Origin: a virus
Lineage: Duplodnaviria > Caudoviricetes
Strand: one strand, 5' to 3'
IMG/VR virus record: IMGVR_UViG_3300005512_000318
Location: 1 to 24,471 of that record
DNA: 24,471 nucleotides
Part shown: in pieces, positions 8,101-18,000 of the stretch
Layout: each line of letters opens with the position of its first letter
Position numbering within the stretch: position 1 is the first letter of the stretch
Notes under the pieces: model-generated
The model's input: only the letters and a program-made list of their open reading frames with translations
Told to the model about the DNA's origin: nothing
Database searches by the model: none
Program-made: the position numbers and the translations under genes

Positions 8101-8729
8101 AAGAGGACATAGACTATGTAATGGGGCTGTTAAATACTGGGCAGTTATCCCCTGAAGAGGCTTCAGCTATGTACGGAGTTCCTTTAGAAGAAGTTTATGC
8201 AGCTATGGAACAGCCTGTTTATATACCCCCACCGGAGACTGTTTACGAACCTCCACCCGAACCTGCTTATGAGCTGCCTCCCCTCCCCCCTGCAGATGGT
8301 GACTACACCCAGAATGAAATAGATTATGTAATGGGGCTGTTAAATACTGGACAATTATCCCCTGAAGAGGCTTCAGCTATATATGGGGTGCCTTTAGAAG
8401 AAGTTTATGCACTCATAGATGGGTACGCGCAGGGCGGTCAAGTAGGAAACCCAATGAGTAATCATATGGGCGGGAACGGCTACTATTTAGGGGGTCCTAC
8501 AGACGGTATGGCGGACCTTATACCTGCTACAATAGATGGAAATGAACCAGCCCGGCTTAGTGACGGAGAATTCGTTATTCCGGCCGATATAGTAAGTCAT
8601 TTAGGTAACGGTAATTCTGACGCCGGGGCCGATGTTTTGTACACTATGATGGATAGGGTTAGAAAGGCACGCACAGGCCGCAAAGAGCAAGGCCGCGAGA
8701 TTAACCCCAACAAAATGCTGCCGGCATAG
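5166..8729 (+). CDS. Large acidic repeat-containing probable internal virion/ejection protein (1187 aa)
   Basis: Single long ORF with tandem modules. C-terminal GGPTDGMADLIPATIDG.EPARLSDGEFVIPAD.VS.LGNG.S.AGA..L..M..RVR matches a domain seen in phage tape-measure/internal proteins (recognition). Confidence 0.7.
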   Translation: MPFNADILTQDPARGGAVNAAGLTSLQGIHPAQIAAKKAAEEAAKAGAAKFGLGTLLQGLGPLYAAYNVLDLLGFFDSTLQETPMTPQERAKFEAQSRLALATKGLAGGGEGAYETLMGALAQASDTEGVSEQDLASILGQSGYITSLSGAPGGSTEPTLVEMTQEKINKAASAVGKAQDAVFDILGIPKPDYSVIQPNAPGGTVIWGQPSGSVFGRIGTTPGGTVTGVQTGIPALDAVLGKVADVVSGRAAAGDVLNTETIKDIIVQTAGDELGIPGDPNQVIADIKEIGKQVFLDDETGRLGIGLGEGVVPDVAPDVVSDDTTDGITDDTTQTVRTDDITDDTSVFDDTYDDVRVEDIFLDERTDSTPDTRTETPDTSSSGGGFGLPTDSGVAVTTGGPGDLVDLDYVIDPYGRSIIPEELLEVMSRDKNEDDGVKKFFTGGQVTALGTLVGGLASLFDKGNQNQPIGYTGGIPSYQATRDVVPGVFDATDRRPGSSGRQYFTDQSAAAMFTPVTDATGAQQVMGGDELAALNEYYANQQTAQEQQQADFVEAMTALTTAALTPEPEPDPLAGLNLPTADNDYTPDETAYVRGLINRGVITPQQAADYYGLPVSEVNALLQPPAPAPTPEPDPLAGLNLPAADNDYTPDETAYVRGLINRGVITPQQAADYYGLPVSEVNALLQPPAPAPTPEPDPLAGLNLPAADNDYTPDETAYVRGLINRGVITPQQAADFYGIPVNEILTAMQNTPIDTGTGTSTGTGTNTTNTTTGGVTPLSYAQNYDPTTGMPTEVSDLDPIDIYHNTPGNEIPLYDDPYNDLDRLVDYLADPASVDTTGINMLSEEERPDWFTGNQEGISTGEAAHILEQAIRNNISPEQLLEMYDDPNFGMEELTEYIQTYYPHHGYTWLSSGGDAPYVLSDTVPEPEPEPAYIPPLETVYEPPPEPVYIPPPETVYEPPPEPAYEPPPLPPADGDYSQEDIDYVMGLLNTGQLSPEEASAMYGVPLEEVYAAMEQPVYIPPPETVYEPPPEPAYELPPLPPADGDYTQNEIDYVMGLLNTGQLSPEEASAIYGVPLEEVYALIDGYAQGGQVGNPMSNHMGGNGYYLGGPTDGMADLIPATIDGNEPARLSDGEFVIPADIVSHLGNGNSDAGADVLYTMMDRVRKARTGRKEQGREINPNKMLPA
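6128..6202 (+). repeat. Imperfect short coding repeats (CCGACGACACAA/CCGACGACATAA; DDT/DDI)
   Basis: Several CCGACG(A/G)CA(C/T)AA units seen directly. Confidence 0.6.
6867..7366 (+). repeat. 189-bp (63-aa) near-perfect tandem repeat, ~2.6 copies
   Basis: Units start at 6867, 7056 and 7245 (CCGGAACCCGACCCGCTGGCTGGCC...). I found only one substitution between copies 1 and 2 (Thr to Ala). Confidence 0.95.
7950..8411 (+). repeat. Nested repeats: 48-bp Pro-rich unit (7950, 7998, partial 8046) and 210-bp (70-aa) unit (8004, 8214)
   Basis: PEP(A/V)YIPP(L/P)ETVYEPP units and two copies of LPPADGDY.Q..IDYVMGLLNTGQLSPEEASA.YGVPLEEVYA. Confidence 0.9.
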
Positions 8730-8743
8730 GCGAGGTAAAGGTT

Positions 8744-9739
8744 ATGCAAAAATTTCAAACAGGTGGTCTAGCGGCTGACCCCAGCTTTATGGGCACCAGT
8801 AGTTCCTTGTCGCCGTGGGCGGGCCCGTATGTAACGGAAATGTTGGGGCGGGGTGCGGCTATTTCCGAGATGCCCTATCAAGCTTACATGGGTCCACTTA
8901 CGGCTGGCCCGTCTGCGCTACAAACCCAAGCATTTACGGGGTTGGGGTCTTTGGCTGCACCTACATCTATAGGAGAAGCAGCTACCGGAGCAGGGCAAAT
9001 AGCGCAAGATATGTCTAGTTTATCCTACAGCCCCACGCAATTTACTACAGGGTCTTTTACGGATACGGGCATGGCACAACAATACATGTCCCCCTATTTA
9101 CAGGCGGCGCTTGAACCCCAGATTGCCGAAGCCCAACGCCAAGCAGAAATACAACGAGTGCAGAATGCGGGCAGGCTAAGTAGGGCTGGGGCTTATGGCG
9201 GCGGACGTCAAGCCATTATGGAATCTGAGGGGCAGCGCAACCTACTCCGAAACCTTGCCGACATCACTGGGCGGGGGTATCAGACTGCGTTTGAACAAGC
9301 ACAAAATCTGTATGGCACAGAAGCAGACCGGACTTTGCGTGCGCAGCAACTGGCCGAACAATCACGACAGTTTGGAGCGGGGTACGGGTTGGATGCCCTC
9401 AGAGGGGGACTGTCTGCAAGACAAACACAAGCACAATTAGGTCGCACAGGTTACGAAACTGAAGCAGATATACTATCCAGACAACTGGGAGCTGGTGGTA
9501 CACAACGTGGTATTGAGCAAGAGGGAATTGCGGCGGATATCGGCCAGTTTGAAGAAGAGCGAGCGTTCCCGTACCGGCAAACCCAGTTTATGCAGTCGCT
9601 GTTGCAACGACTGCCGATTAGTACGCAGCAGTATCAGTATGCAGAACCGACGGGCCTAGAGCGTTTTACCAGCGGTGCCGGGGGTATTTTGAGTCTTTTG
9701 AGCGACGATGCTGTCCGAAAGGCACTGGGTCTTGACTAA
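8744..9739 (+). CDS. Probable DNA ejection/pilot protein (331 aa)
   Basis: Gln/Ala/Gly-rich helical protein with YMSPY, GAYGGGRQAI.E.E..RN motifs and a C-terminal amphipathic Gly-rich segment; SD GAGG upstream. Confidence 0.7.
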   Translation: MQKFQTGGLAADPSFMGTSSSLSPWAGPYVTEMLGRGAAISEMPYQAYMGPLTAGPSALQTQAFTGLGSLAAPTSIGEAATGAGQIAQDMSSLSYSPTQFTTGSFTDTGMAQQYMSPYLQAALEPQIAEAQRQAEIQRVQNAGRLSRAGAYGGGRQAIMESEGQRNLLRNLADITGRGYQTAFEQAQNLYGTEADRTLRAQQLAEQSRQFGAGYGLDALRGGLSARQTQAQLGRTGYETEADILSRQLGAGGTQRGIEQEGIAADIGQFEEERAFPYRQTQFMQSLLQRLPISTQQYQYAEPTGLERFTSGAGGILSLLSDDAVRKALGLD

Positions 9740-9756
9740 ATTACAGGTACAAAACA

Positions 9757-12018
9757 ATGCCGGGAATTGACCAAGTTATTAATGACCGTATGAACGCGTT
9801 TGCCGGACAGCCGGAAGCGTTGGCGCAGCGGTATGCACAGAACCAAGACTTATTGGATTTGCTCGCACTTCAAAAGATGAAGACGGACAAAGCCGCCGCT
9901 ATGCGCGAGGTACAGGCTAGTATGCAGGCAAACCCCGCTACTGTGCGGGACCAGCTAAGTCAAGAGGCTATGACCCAAACCCGGCAGGAAATGGCCGCGC
10001 AAGCAATGCAGGGGGCGCAGGGTATGCAGTTAAATCAACGTCGGGCTATGCAGGCCCGTGGTATACCGACACTTCCTGCACCGAATATGGCCCGTAGGCA
10101 GGGGTACCAACAAGGTGGAATAATCCCCGCCGAACCGACTATGGGTGCCGTACCGCCGTCTGCTGTTGGTAATGAACAGATTAAACAGTTTGCCAAAGAG
10201 TACATGGGCATCAAAAAGGCGCTGGAAGACCCGCGACAAGCGGAGTTTAAAGAACGTAATCAGATGTTGTTACAAGACCTGATTCGCCAGATGGGGGACC
10301 AGATGCCTGCTGTAATGCAGTATATAGACAGCATGAAAGGCATAGTAGAACCCCGTGGGTTTGCTGGTCCGGAGGGGTCATATGTAAGTGGGTCACCGCC
10401 AGTTATCCGTTCGGAAGACCCGGAGCTGCTGCGGTACGGTCAGGGAGATGGTGGAGTTACGAGTAATTTAGTTGACGACGCTCTTTCTTATTTGGCAGAG
10501 CGGGGCATAGACGCGGCGCAATATACCACTGACCAGCTAGCAGCACTCGGACGCCAACTCCAAAAGGGCGCAGCTTTTGTAAGGGACAGGCGTAACCAGC
10601 GGAATCTATCCAGTGTGGCTGCTAAACAGGGCGACGTTTTATCTCAAGTTTTGAGTGGTGCCGCCCAAACAATCGGTGACCGGATGCCTAATATAGTTGA
10701 GGGTATGGCCGAAATTGGTAGGAATATGCCCGGCACAGATTTGGGACAATCACCCAGACTCCGGCTTCCAACAATTGGGTTGCCTAATATAGTTGAGCGT
10801 ATGGCGGAAACGGGTTCCGATGTGCTTGATAAAGTTAACCGAGGCATCAATACCGCAGGAGCGACTGTAGGCAACCCCGAGAATTGGGTAGATACTCTTG
10901 AGGGGCTTCTTGGCCTTGAAGACGGAGCCCTGTTTAGTGGTGTGCCTTCCGTAGAAGAGCTTTACCCAACCAGCACTAAAGTAATTCGTGAAGGGCGAGA
11001 ACCAAGTGCTTACGAGGTGGGCAGCACCATTCGTGAGGGTGTAACCAGCATACCCAAGGCACTATTGGGATTTTTGTACCCCGAATCCGGCCCTACACTA
11101 TCGGATGTGGGTAGGCCCGTTGCCGAGTTTGGGCGTGGTGTGGTCGGTTTAGAAACTCGCCCCGAGAAAACTCCGGCAACAACTCCGGCACCCGCGCCCA
11201 TTACAGAACCGGCGGGGTTAAGTGCATTGGTTGACCGTACTACAGAGCTGCGCGGGCCGTTCCGTATGCAGGGTACAGAACCTTCAGGGATGCGCACGCC
11301 TCAAGACTATTTGGCAAGCTTAGCAAGACGGCAGGCACGCCAGCGCGCGGAACAGCCGGAAACCGCAGCGCAGCCAGTATCTCGTTACCAAGAAGAACTT
11401 GATCGTTTGCGGGCGCAGGAAGAAGACCCGATGCGGGCGTTGGCAACATTCTTGACCGGGATGGGTAGCGGCCGGGGCCGGGGGCTTGGGCGAAGTTTGG
11501 CGGCAGGGGCGCAGGCCCTCAATACGGCAGAACGAGACATTGATGCCCGAAGACTACAGCTTGTAGAGGCACTGCAGAACGAAGAAATTACAGCCGCTGA
11601 AGCTGCCCGAGAAAATCGACGCCTTGAGCTGATGGGCGAAGAGATTGAAGTACAGCGCGAATACAACCAGCAGAGGGTGAACCTCGAAGAACGGGTTGAA
11701 AGACTGCGCGCACAGGGCCGACTGCAGGAAGCTAAAGCGGCACTTATTCAAGGGGCTAGGGAGATGTTTGAGGGCCCACTTGGACAACAAGAAACCCGTG
11801 CGGAAGTAGAAAACAGTGCGGCGGCTCGTGAGTTGTCAGAAACAGAAATAAACGAACTTGTACAACGAAGAACGCAAGAAAAAATCCAAGACTACATTAG
11901 TAGCACCGCAGAAAGCTCGGGATTAAATGCTCTTGCCACCACTACAGCACAGACGTTTGAAAATACAAGCCCCGAAGACGCTGAAATTGACGCTTTGGTA
12001 CAGCAGTATACGCAATAA
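9757..12018 (+). CDS. Probable internal virion/ejection protein (753 aa)
   Basis: Long ORF with a Q/M/A-rich N-terminus, ALATFLTGMGSG amphipathic segment and C-terminal coiled coil; lies between the other ejection-type genes. Confidence 0.65.
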   Translation: MPGIDQVINDRMNAFAGQPEALAQRYAQNQDLLDLLALQKMKTDKAAAMREVQASMQANPATVRDQLSQEAMTQTRQEMAAQAMQGAQGMQLNQRRAMQARGIPTLPAPNMARRQGYQQGGIIPAEPTMGAVPPSAVGNEQIKQFAKEYMGIKKALEDPRQAEFKERNQMLLQDLIRQMGDQMPAVMQYIDSMKGIVEPRGFAGPEGSYVSGSPPVIRSEDPELLRYGQGDGGVTSNLVDDALSYLAERGIDAAQYTTDQLAALGRQLQKGAAFVRDRRNQRNLSSVAAKQGDVLSQVLSGAAQTIGDRMPNIVEGMAEIGRNMPGTDLGQSPRLRLPTIGLPNIVERMAETGSDVLDKVNRGINTAGATVGNPENWVDTLEGLLGLEDGALFSGVPSVEELYPTSTKVIREGREPSAYEVGSTIREGVTSIPKALLGFLYPESGPTLSDVGRPVAEFGRGVVGLETRPEKTPATTPAPAPITEPAGLSALVDRTTELRGPFRMQGTEPSGMRTPQDYLASLARRQARQRAEQPETAAQPVSRYQEELDRLRAQEEDPMRALATFLTGMGSGRGRGLGRSLAAGAQALNTAERDIDARRLQLVEALQNEEITAAEAARENRRLELMGEEIEVQREYNQQRVNLEERVERLRAQGRLQEAKAALIQGAREMFEGPLGQQETRAEVENSAAARELSETEINELVQRRTQEKIQDYISSTAESSGLNALATTTAQTFENTSPEDAEIDALVQQYTQ

Positions 12019-12030
12019 TGAGTTTATCTT

Positions 12031-15000
12031 ATGGCAACATTGCAACAACTAGGCACCGCACTAAAAAACGCCCATGCTGCTGGGGACACTGAAGCTGCTA
12101 GGAAACTTGCCAACGCCATTACGCGTGTAAAAAGTACCACTGCTGCCCAACAACCCACACAAACCACACAACCCGAAGCCCCACGCGAGCGATTGGATTT
12201 AACTCCGGCACCCCCGGAAACAAGTTTACTGGGGTACATACCGGAAACCGCTAAGGCTATTGGGCGGGGGGCTGCAGGGCTGTTAGAGTCTTCGGCTTTT
12301 GGTGCGGCCTTTGCGTTGCCCGAAGAAGCAGAGCAGGCAGCGAGAGGTGCCGTTACCGAAACCGGACGGGCAGTACAAGAATCTTCATTACTGGCCCCCG
12401 ACAAAGCCTACGAAGACAACACGTTTATCTCCTTGATGGAGGGGCTAGGTTCTACTTTACCGTTCTTGGCTGCGGGGCTTAGTGGTCCTTTGGGTTGGGC
12501 AGCGGGTCTTGGGCTGGGTGTAAGTGCGGGGGCGGGTGAAGCAGGCCAACGCGCCGAACGAGCGGGGGCTACGGAAGAAGAAATAAGCCGCGCCGCAGGG
12601 CTGGGTACACTGGTCGGCGGTACAGAAATGTTGCCGATAGCGAGTGTGGTTAGTAGAGCGCGGAGAGTATTAGGCCCCAACACCGAGAAGGTAGCGGAAG
12701 AAGTTGCGGAAACGTTTGCTGGTAAAATTAACCGTCTACGTACAGGAACCCGAACAGGTCGTATTGCACAGGGTGCCGTAGAAGAAGCCATACAGGAATC
12801 TGCAGCGGAAGTAGGGCAGAATCTTATTGCGCAGGGTGTTTACGACCCCGATACAGACACTTTTGCCGGTGTACCCGAATCAGCCGGTTTGGGCGGCGGT
12901 GTAGGTGGTATCGTAGCGTTCTTGGCAGAACTTATTGACCCAAAGTTATCTCGGCGTGGGCGTACCCAAACTGACACCCAACAAGATCAGGCCGACACCG
13001 AGGAAACACCGGAAGCAGAAGCAGAAGCGGAAGCGGAAGTAATACCCCCGCCGGTAACACCGGAACCGGAACCGGAAGCAGAAGCAGAAGCAGAAGCAGA
13101 AGTAAGACGCCCACCGGTAACACCGGAACCCGAGCCTGCGCCTGTAGAAGAAGCAGAAGCAGAAGCAGTAACACCCCCGCCGGTAACACCGGAACCCGAG
13201 CCTGCGCCTATAGACGAACAAATTGCGCAAGAACAGCGACGTATTGAGCGGGAAGAGGCGGCGGCCGAAGAAGAACTTAGCCAAGAAGAAATAAATGCTC
13301 GACTACAGCGAGCAGCAGAGGGTATGCGCGCCCCGGAAACAGCACCGGAAACAGCACCGGAAACAGCACCGGAAACAGCACCGGAAACAACACCGGAAAC
13401 CCCCTCTATAGTCGAAGCGTTTAACCGCGCGAGAGCCAGACTAGAGCGACAAGGGGCTGCGCGCGTACGGGCGTTTAATAAAGCACGGGAGCGGTTGCGG
13501 CAGCAGGAAGAAGCCGGAGAGATACAACCTGTACCGCGAGGGAAGTCAGACAGCTTTGACACAGACGTCCAAAAAGTGTTGGCCGTGCGGGACACAGCGG
13601 TAAACAAGAGGAACCGGTACAGCCAAAAAGCTTCTGCGCGTGTGTATTTTGGTAGCAGCGAAGACACTCTAGCGCTGGCAGAAAGCGCAACAACCACGGA
13701 CAATCAGCCAGAAATAGCGAAAACCTTACAAGATACAGCCTCCGGCAAACAGTTCTTCGAGCAAAACGCTACAGAAGCTGACCCACTAGATATTGGGCTG
13801 CGCAGTATGGCTTTCGATTCGGTTAAGCCTACTGACCCCGGCGTAAAAGTGGCAAAGACTAACCGGCAGGCAGAACGGGCAATACAGTTTGTGCGCAGCG
13901 AACTGTCCCCAGAAACAAATGCTACGCTAGATCAGTATTTGACCGAAGCTAGGCGACAACAGCAACGTATAGAAGAGACTGACGTTGCTAGAGAAGTTGC
14001 GGACATAGCCACTAAAGTAGCGCGTAGTGGGGCCACACAGCCTATCAATTTGGTCGAAGAAGACCTAGCTCCCCTAAACGTGTCTAAGGCTAAAGCCCGA
14101 AGCATCATCAACAAGGTCAACGAAGCACCCACAGGCAAACAAGCGGAAGTTTTGGCACGGCAGCTCAGTGGTTTACAAGTACAAAAGCGCACCAGTAAGG
14201 CCACAAGAGCCCGAGTTAAAGCCCTGCTCGCAAACCCCACGTTCGCTGAATATGGTCTTGCTGACAGAGATACCGCTAGGGGCGGTCCAACCTTGGGCGG
14301 TTTTTACAAAGATGAAGAGGCCAAAGCGCTTGCGGATGAATACATAGAAGACGTACCAGAATCTGACGGCCCGACTGACCAAAACGTAAAAGACCTGTCG
14401 GATGAAGCGTTAGATACCAAATATGTAATCGACGAAACCGCAGACAGTTACGAAGATGCCGTCGAGATGATGGACGAATTGGGCTTCGACCCAATGATGG
14501 ACTATCTGCGGGCCGACGCTGTTAGTAACGTGGCAGGTCCGGCTTCCCCCGAAACCCAAGCAAAACTGGAAGCGGGGGATTTAGTTGGGGCGTTGACCCA
14601 AATTGCGAAAGACTCGCCCAATCCGCAAGCAAAAAGCATCGCGCGGAATCTGGCAAAAGCAGTAAAACGGCTACAGGACAAGGCTAAGAAAGCCACACCT
14701 GTAACTTTTGCAGACACGCTGACAAGTCTTGAGGGCAACCCGCTTGCCGGGGCATTTACAGTCACCGACGGCATACAGATAAACCGGGCAATACCGCTTA
14801 CCAACCACACAGTGCTGCACGAAGCCGGACACTTGGTACTAGACGAAACTTTGGGCCGGGCTAGCTCACCTATAACTCAGCGGTTGAAGGGCCTTTACGA
14901 AGAAGCCAAAACCCTAGTGCCCCATGCTTACGGTATGGATTCGTTCCGTGAGTTTGCTATTGAGGCATATACCAACCCGGACTTCCAGAAAAAGCTGGCG

Positions 15001-18000
15001 GCCGCTAAGCGTAGGAACGAAAAGCAGTCCTTGTGGCGCAAGTTTGTTAGCGCGATCAGCCGCATATTCGGTATCGAAAGCCGACCGGAAACACTTCTGG
15101 GGGAAACGCTACGCACGTTGCAGGCTGTAGTATCCCCAGAGAGTACCTATTCTACGTCCCGTTATTTGGACATTGCCACTTCAGAAGGTCACGAGCAGGC
15201 TGCGCAGTACATAATGAATCCCAACATTGGGTTTCCTAGCGAAAATATACTGCAGCAGTCGGCTAGAAAATTAGCTTCTGCAGGTCGACGACTAACCCGA
15301 CGTGCCCGCATCGCTATGATGGACGGCTTATCTTTGCAAAACCACGCACGGATGCTGAAAGACACTTCGATTGGTGGTATGGCGAAAGAGCTTGAACAGT
15401 TGCTAGCGGAACAGGACGGGCTGCGTACCAAAGAAACCCAAATTTTTAGTGAGCAAAACACCAAGTTCGTTAATGCGTTCAAAGGCGATACCCAAGCCCT
15501 GAAAACTTTTGAATACGTGGTAAACAACGCAACCATTAACGAAGTTGACCCCACCAAACCCGAGACTAACTATAGCTCTTACGGGTACAAGTACATTGAT
15601 AACAACGGGAATCTGCAGGAAGCGTACGGGGAGAAAGGGGTGGGGTTTAAAACACGTAAGGAGGCGAAGGCGGCCGCAGATGCGGCTAAAAACATGTTAC
15701 CTGCGGAAGACTTTGCTACTGAGATAGAAATAACCAGTCCGGACCCGGAAAAGGTCGCCTTACACCGGGACTTAAAAAATCGCTTAGAGTCGCTGACCAA
15801 AGAACAGCAAAACGTGTTTACAGAGCTGCGTGATACCTACAAAAAAACAAACGCCAAGATTCTGGACGCGATTGAACAACGTCTGGAAATGTTTGAGCTG
15901 GACAACAACACAAAGCGTGCAGTCAAAGAGCGTATCTTCAAGAAGGTAATGACCTCGGGCATCATCGACCCGTACTTCCCCTTGGACCGTAGTGGTGAAT
16001 TCTGGCTGCGTTTTGAAGGTGAAGACCCGTCCGGCCAGATGGAAGTTGCACTCATGGCGTTTGAAACTGAGGCCGAACAAGAAGCCGCAGAAGACTATCT
16101 GAACTCCGGTATCGACGTCACGGTAAAAAAGGGGAGCGTGGAGCGTCTGTCACTTGACCAAATTAAGAACGACTTCAGTATGAGTGGAACGTTGTCCACG
16201 ACAACCGCTTTGGAGCTTAAAAAACTTGTGGACGGGCTGAATATCCCGGAGGGTAACCCGAAGGAAGCCGCCGCCAAGCAAGAGTTCCTGAACGAACTGG
16301 ACAAGATACTGTTCCGCACACTGCCGGAGCAGGCACTGCTGCAAGGACACAAAAAGCGTAAAAACATTCCCGGCTATGAAGTTAATCCGTTGAAAGCGTT
16401 TCAAAACCGCCAACAAATCAACATAAACAGCTACGCAAACTTGTTGTACGAACCGCGTATTTCCGCGTTGCAGAATCGCATACAAGAGAAAATCAAAACA
16501 GACCCAGAGTTTGCAGAAGACACGTTTAACCGGGACTTGGCCATAATGGTCGCCGGTACCAAAGACCAGACAGAGAAAATGGGCTTCGGGTTACCAAGCT
16601 ATACAGAGTTTGCCAAAGACCCGCGCATATCGCCTACCATACGTAACATAAGGGCCGGTATATTTAATTGGACGTTGGGCCTTAACCCTTCTTCGGCTGC
16701 GGTTAACATGGTTACGCTGCCCACCATCGTGGGGCCACAACTCAACGCAAAATTCGGTATGGTACGGGGCACGTCAGCAATGAATAAGGCCATGAAATAC
16801 TATATGGGGTCTTACAAGCGCCAGCGCCCCGGCATCATGGGGTACGACATTGGTCTGACCAACCTAGAGCCCGGTACCGAAGCCGAGCAACAAATCAATA
16901 ACATACTAGCCCCACTAACCAAGCGTATGTTGGAAACCGGGCAGGACAAGCGCACTATTGTTATGGAAGATGCGGCTTTAGATCGCCCCACTTCTAATTT
17001 CTTACGTAAGGTATCTACGCTAACCGGTTTTATTTTTAACCACAGCGAGCGGTTCATCCGGCAGGTAAGTGCAGGTAGTCACTACATAGCAGCGGTAGAG
17101 CAAAAGTTTGGCAAGCCGTTTGCGGAAGTAACCAACAAAGAGCTTACTGACAACGCCGACTCGCTTCGGGAGCTAGCGCAAGAAGCTATTGACTTCATGG
17201 AGTACACCAACAGTTCAGCAGTACTGACCACTGCGCCCCGGTATGCTCAGTCCGGTTTCGGTAGCTTGATCTATCAGTTTAAGCGTTACCCAACACAGAT
17301 TGCTGCGTTGCAATTCCACATGTTTAAGGGGCTGTTCGACACTCTTAACCTCACCAACCGAGATGTAAAAACCCCGGAGCAAATTGCAGAGGCCAAGCAG
17401 TTAGCCAAAGCATTGGCATGGACGTACGGTGCCGGCGGGGCATTACTGGGGGCGAAAGGACTACCCCTGTACGGTACGGTTGCCATGGCGTTTAACATGA
17501 TGTTCGGCGAAGAGGACGAAGAAGATTTTAACACCCTAGTGCAAAAGGCTGTCGGCTCCGGTTGGTATTATGGTGCTATAGCCGCCGTGCTAGGTCTGGA
17601 CATTACAGACCGAGCCAGCCTGACCAACCTGATGCTCAGGGACCGTGGTAACTACCGCCCGCAAAGTAACGCGGATGCCGTGCTGGGTCTGGTTGAAAGC
17701 TACGGGGGCCCCGCAATCGGCATTGGCCTGCGCGGTGTGGAGAGTATGAGGGAGTTGATGGACAGTGACCCGCGTAACAACCGTAGGGCTATTGAAAACA
17801 TGTTACCTACAGCCTTCTCCAACTTCGCCAAGTCATACCGCGTAGCTACAGAAGGCTACGAAACCCGGCGGGGTGACCCCATCGTTGGGGAGGTGGATAC
17901 TGGCGACGTGCTCCGACAAGTAGCAGGCTTCCGCCCGGCCAAATTCCGCCTTGAGCAAGATAAACTGGCACTTAATTACCGTATACGGCGGGGGGTCCAA

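Noticed and set aside
6867-8411. Repeats as a CRISPR array or DGR template/variable repeat pair
   Set aside because: Units are contiguous, in-frame coding repeats without unique spacers. There is no cas or reverse transcriptase gene in the window, and the differences in the 210-bp pair are not confined to adenines.
12932-13703. Several antisense ORFs (238, 112 and 85 aa)
   Set aside because: They are shadows of the low-complexity repeats on the coding strand.
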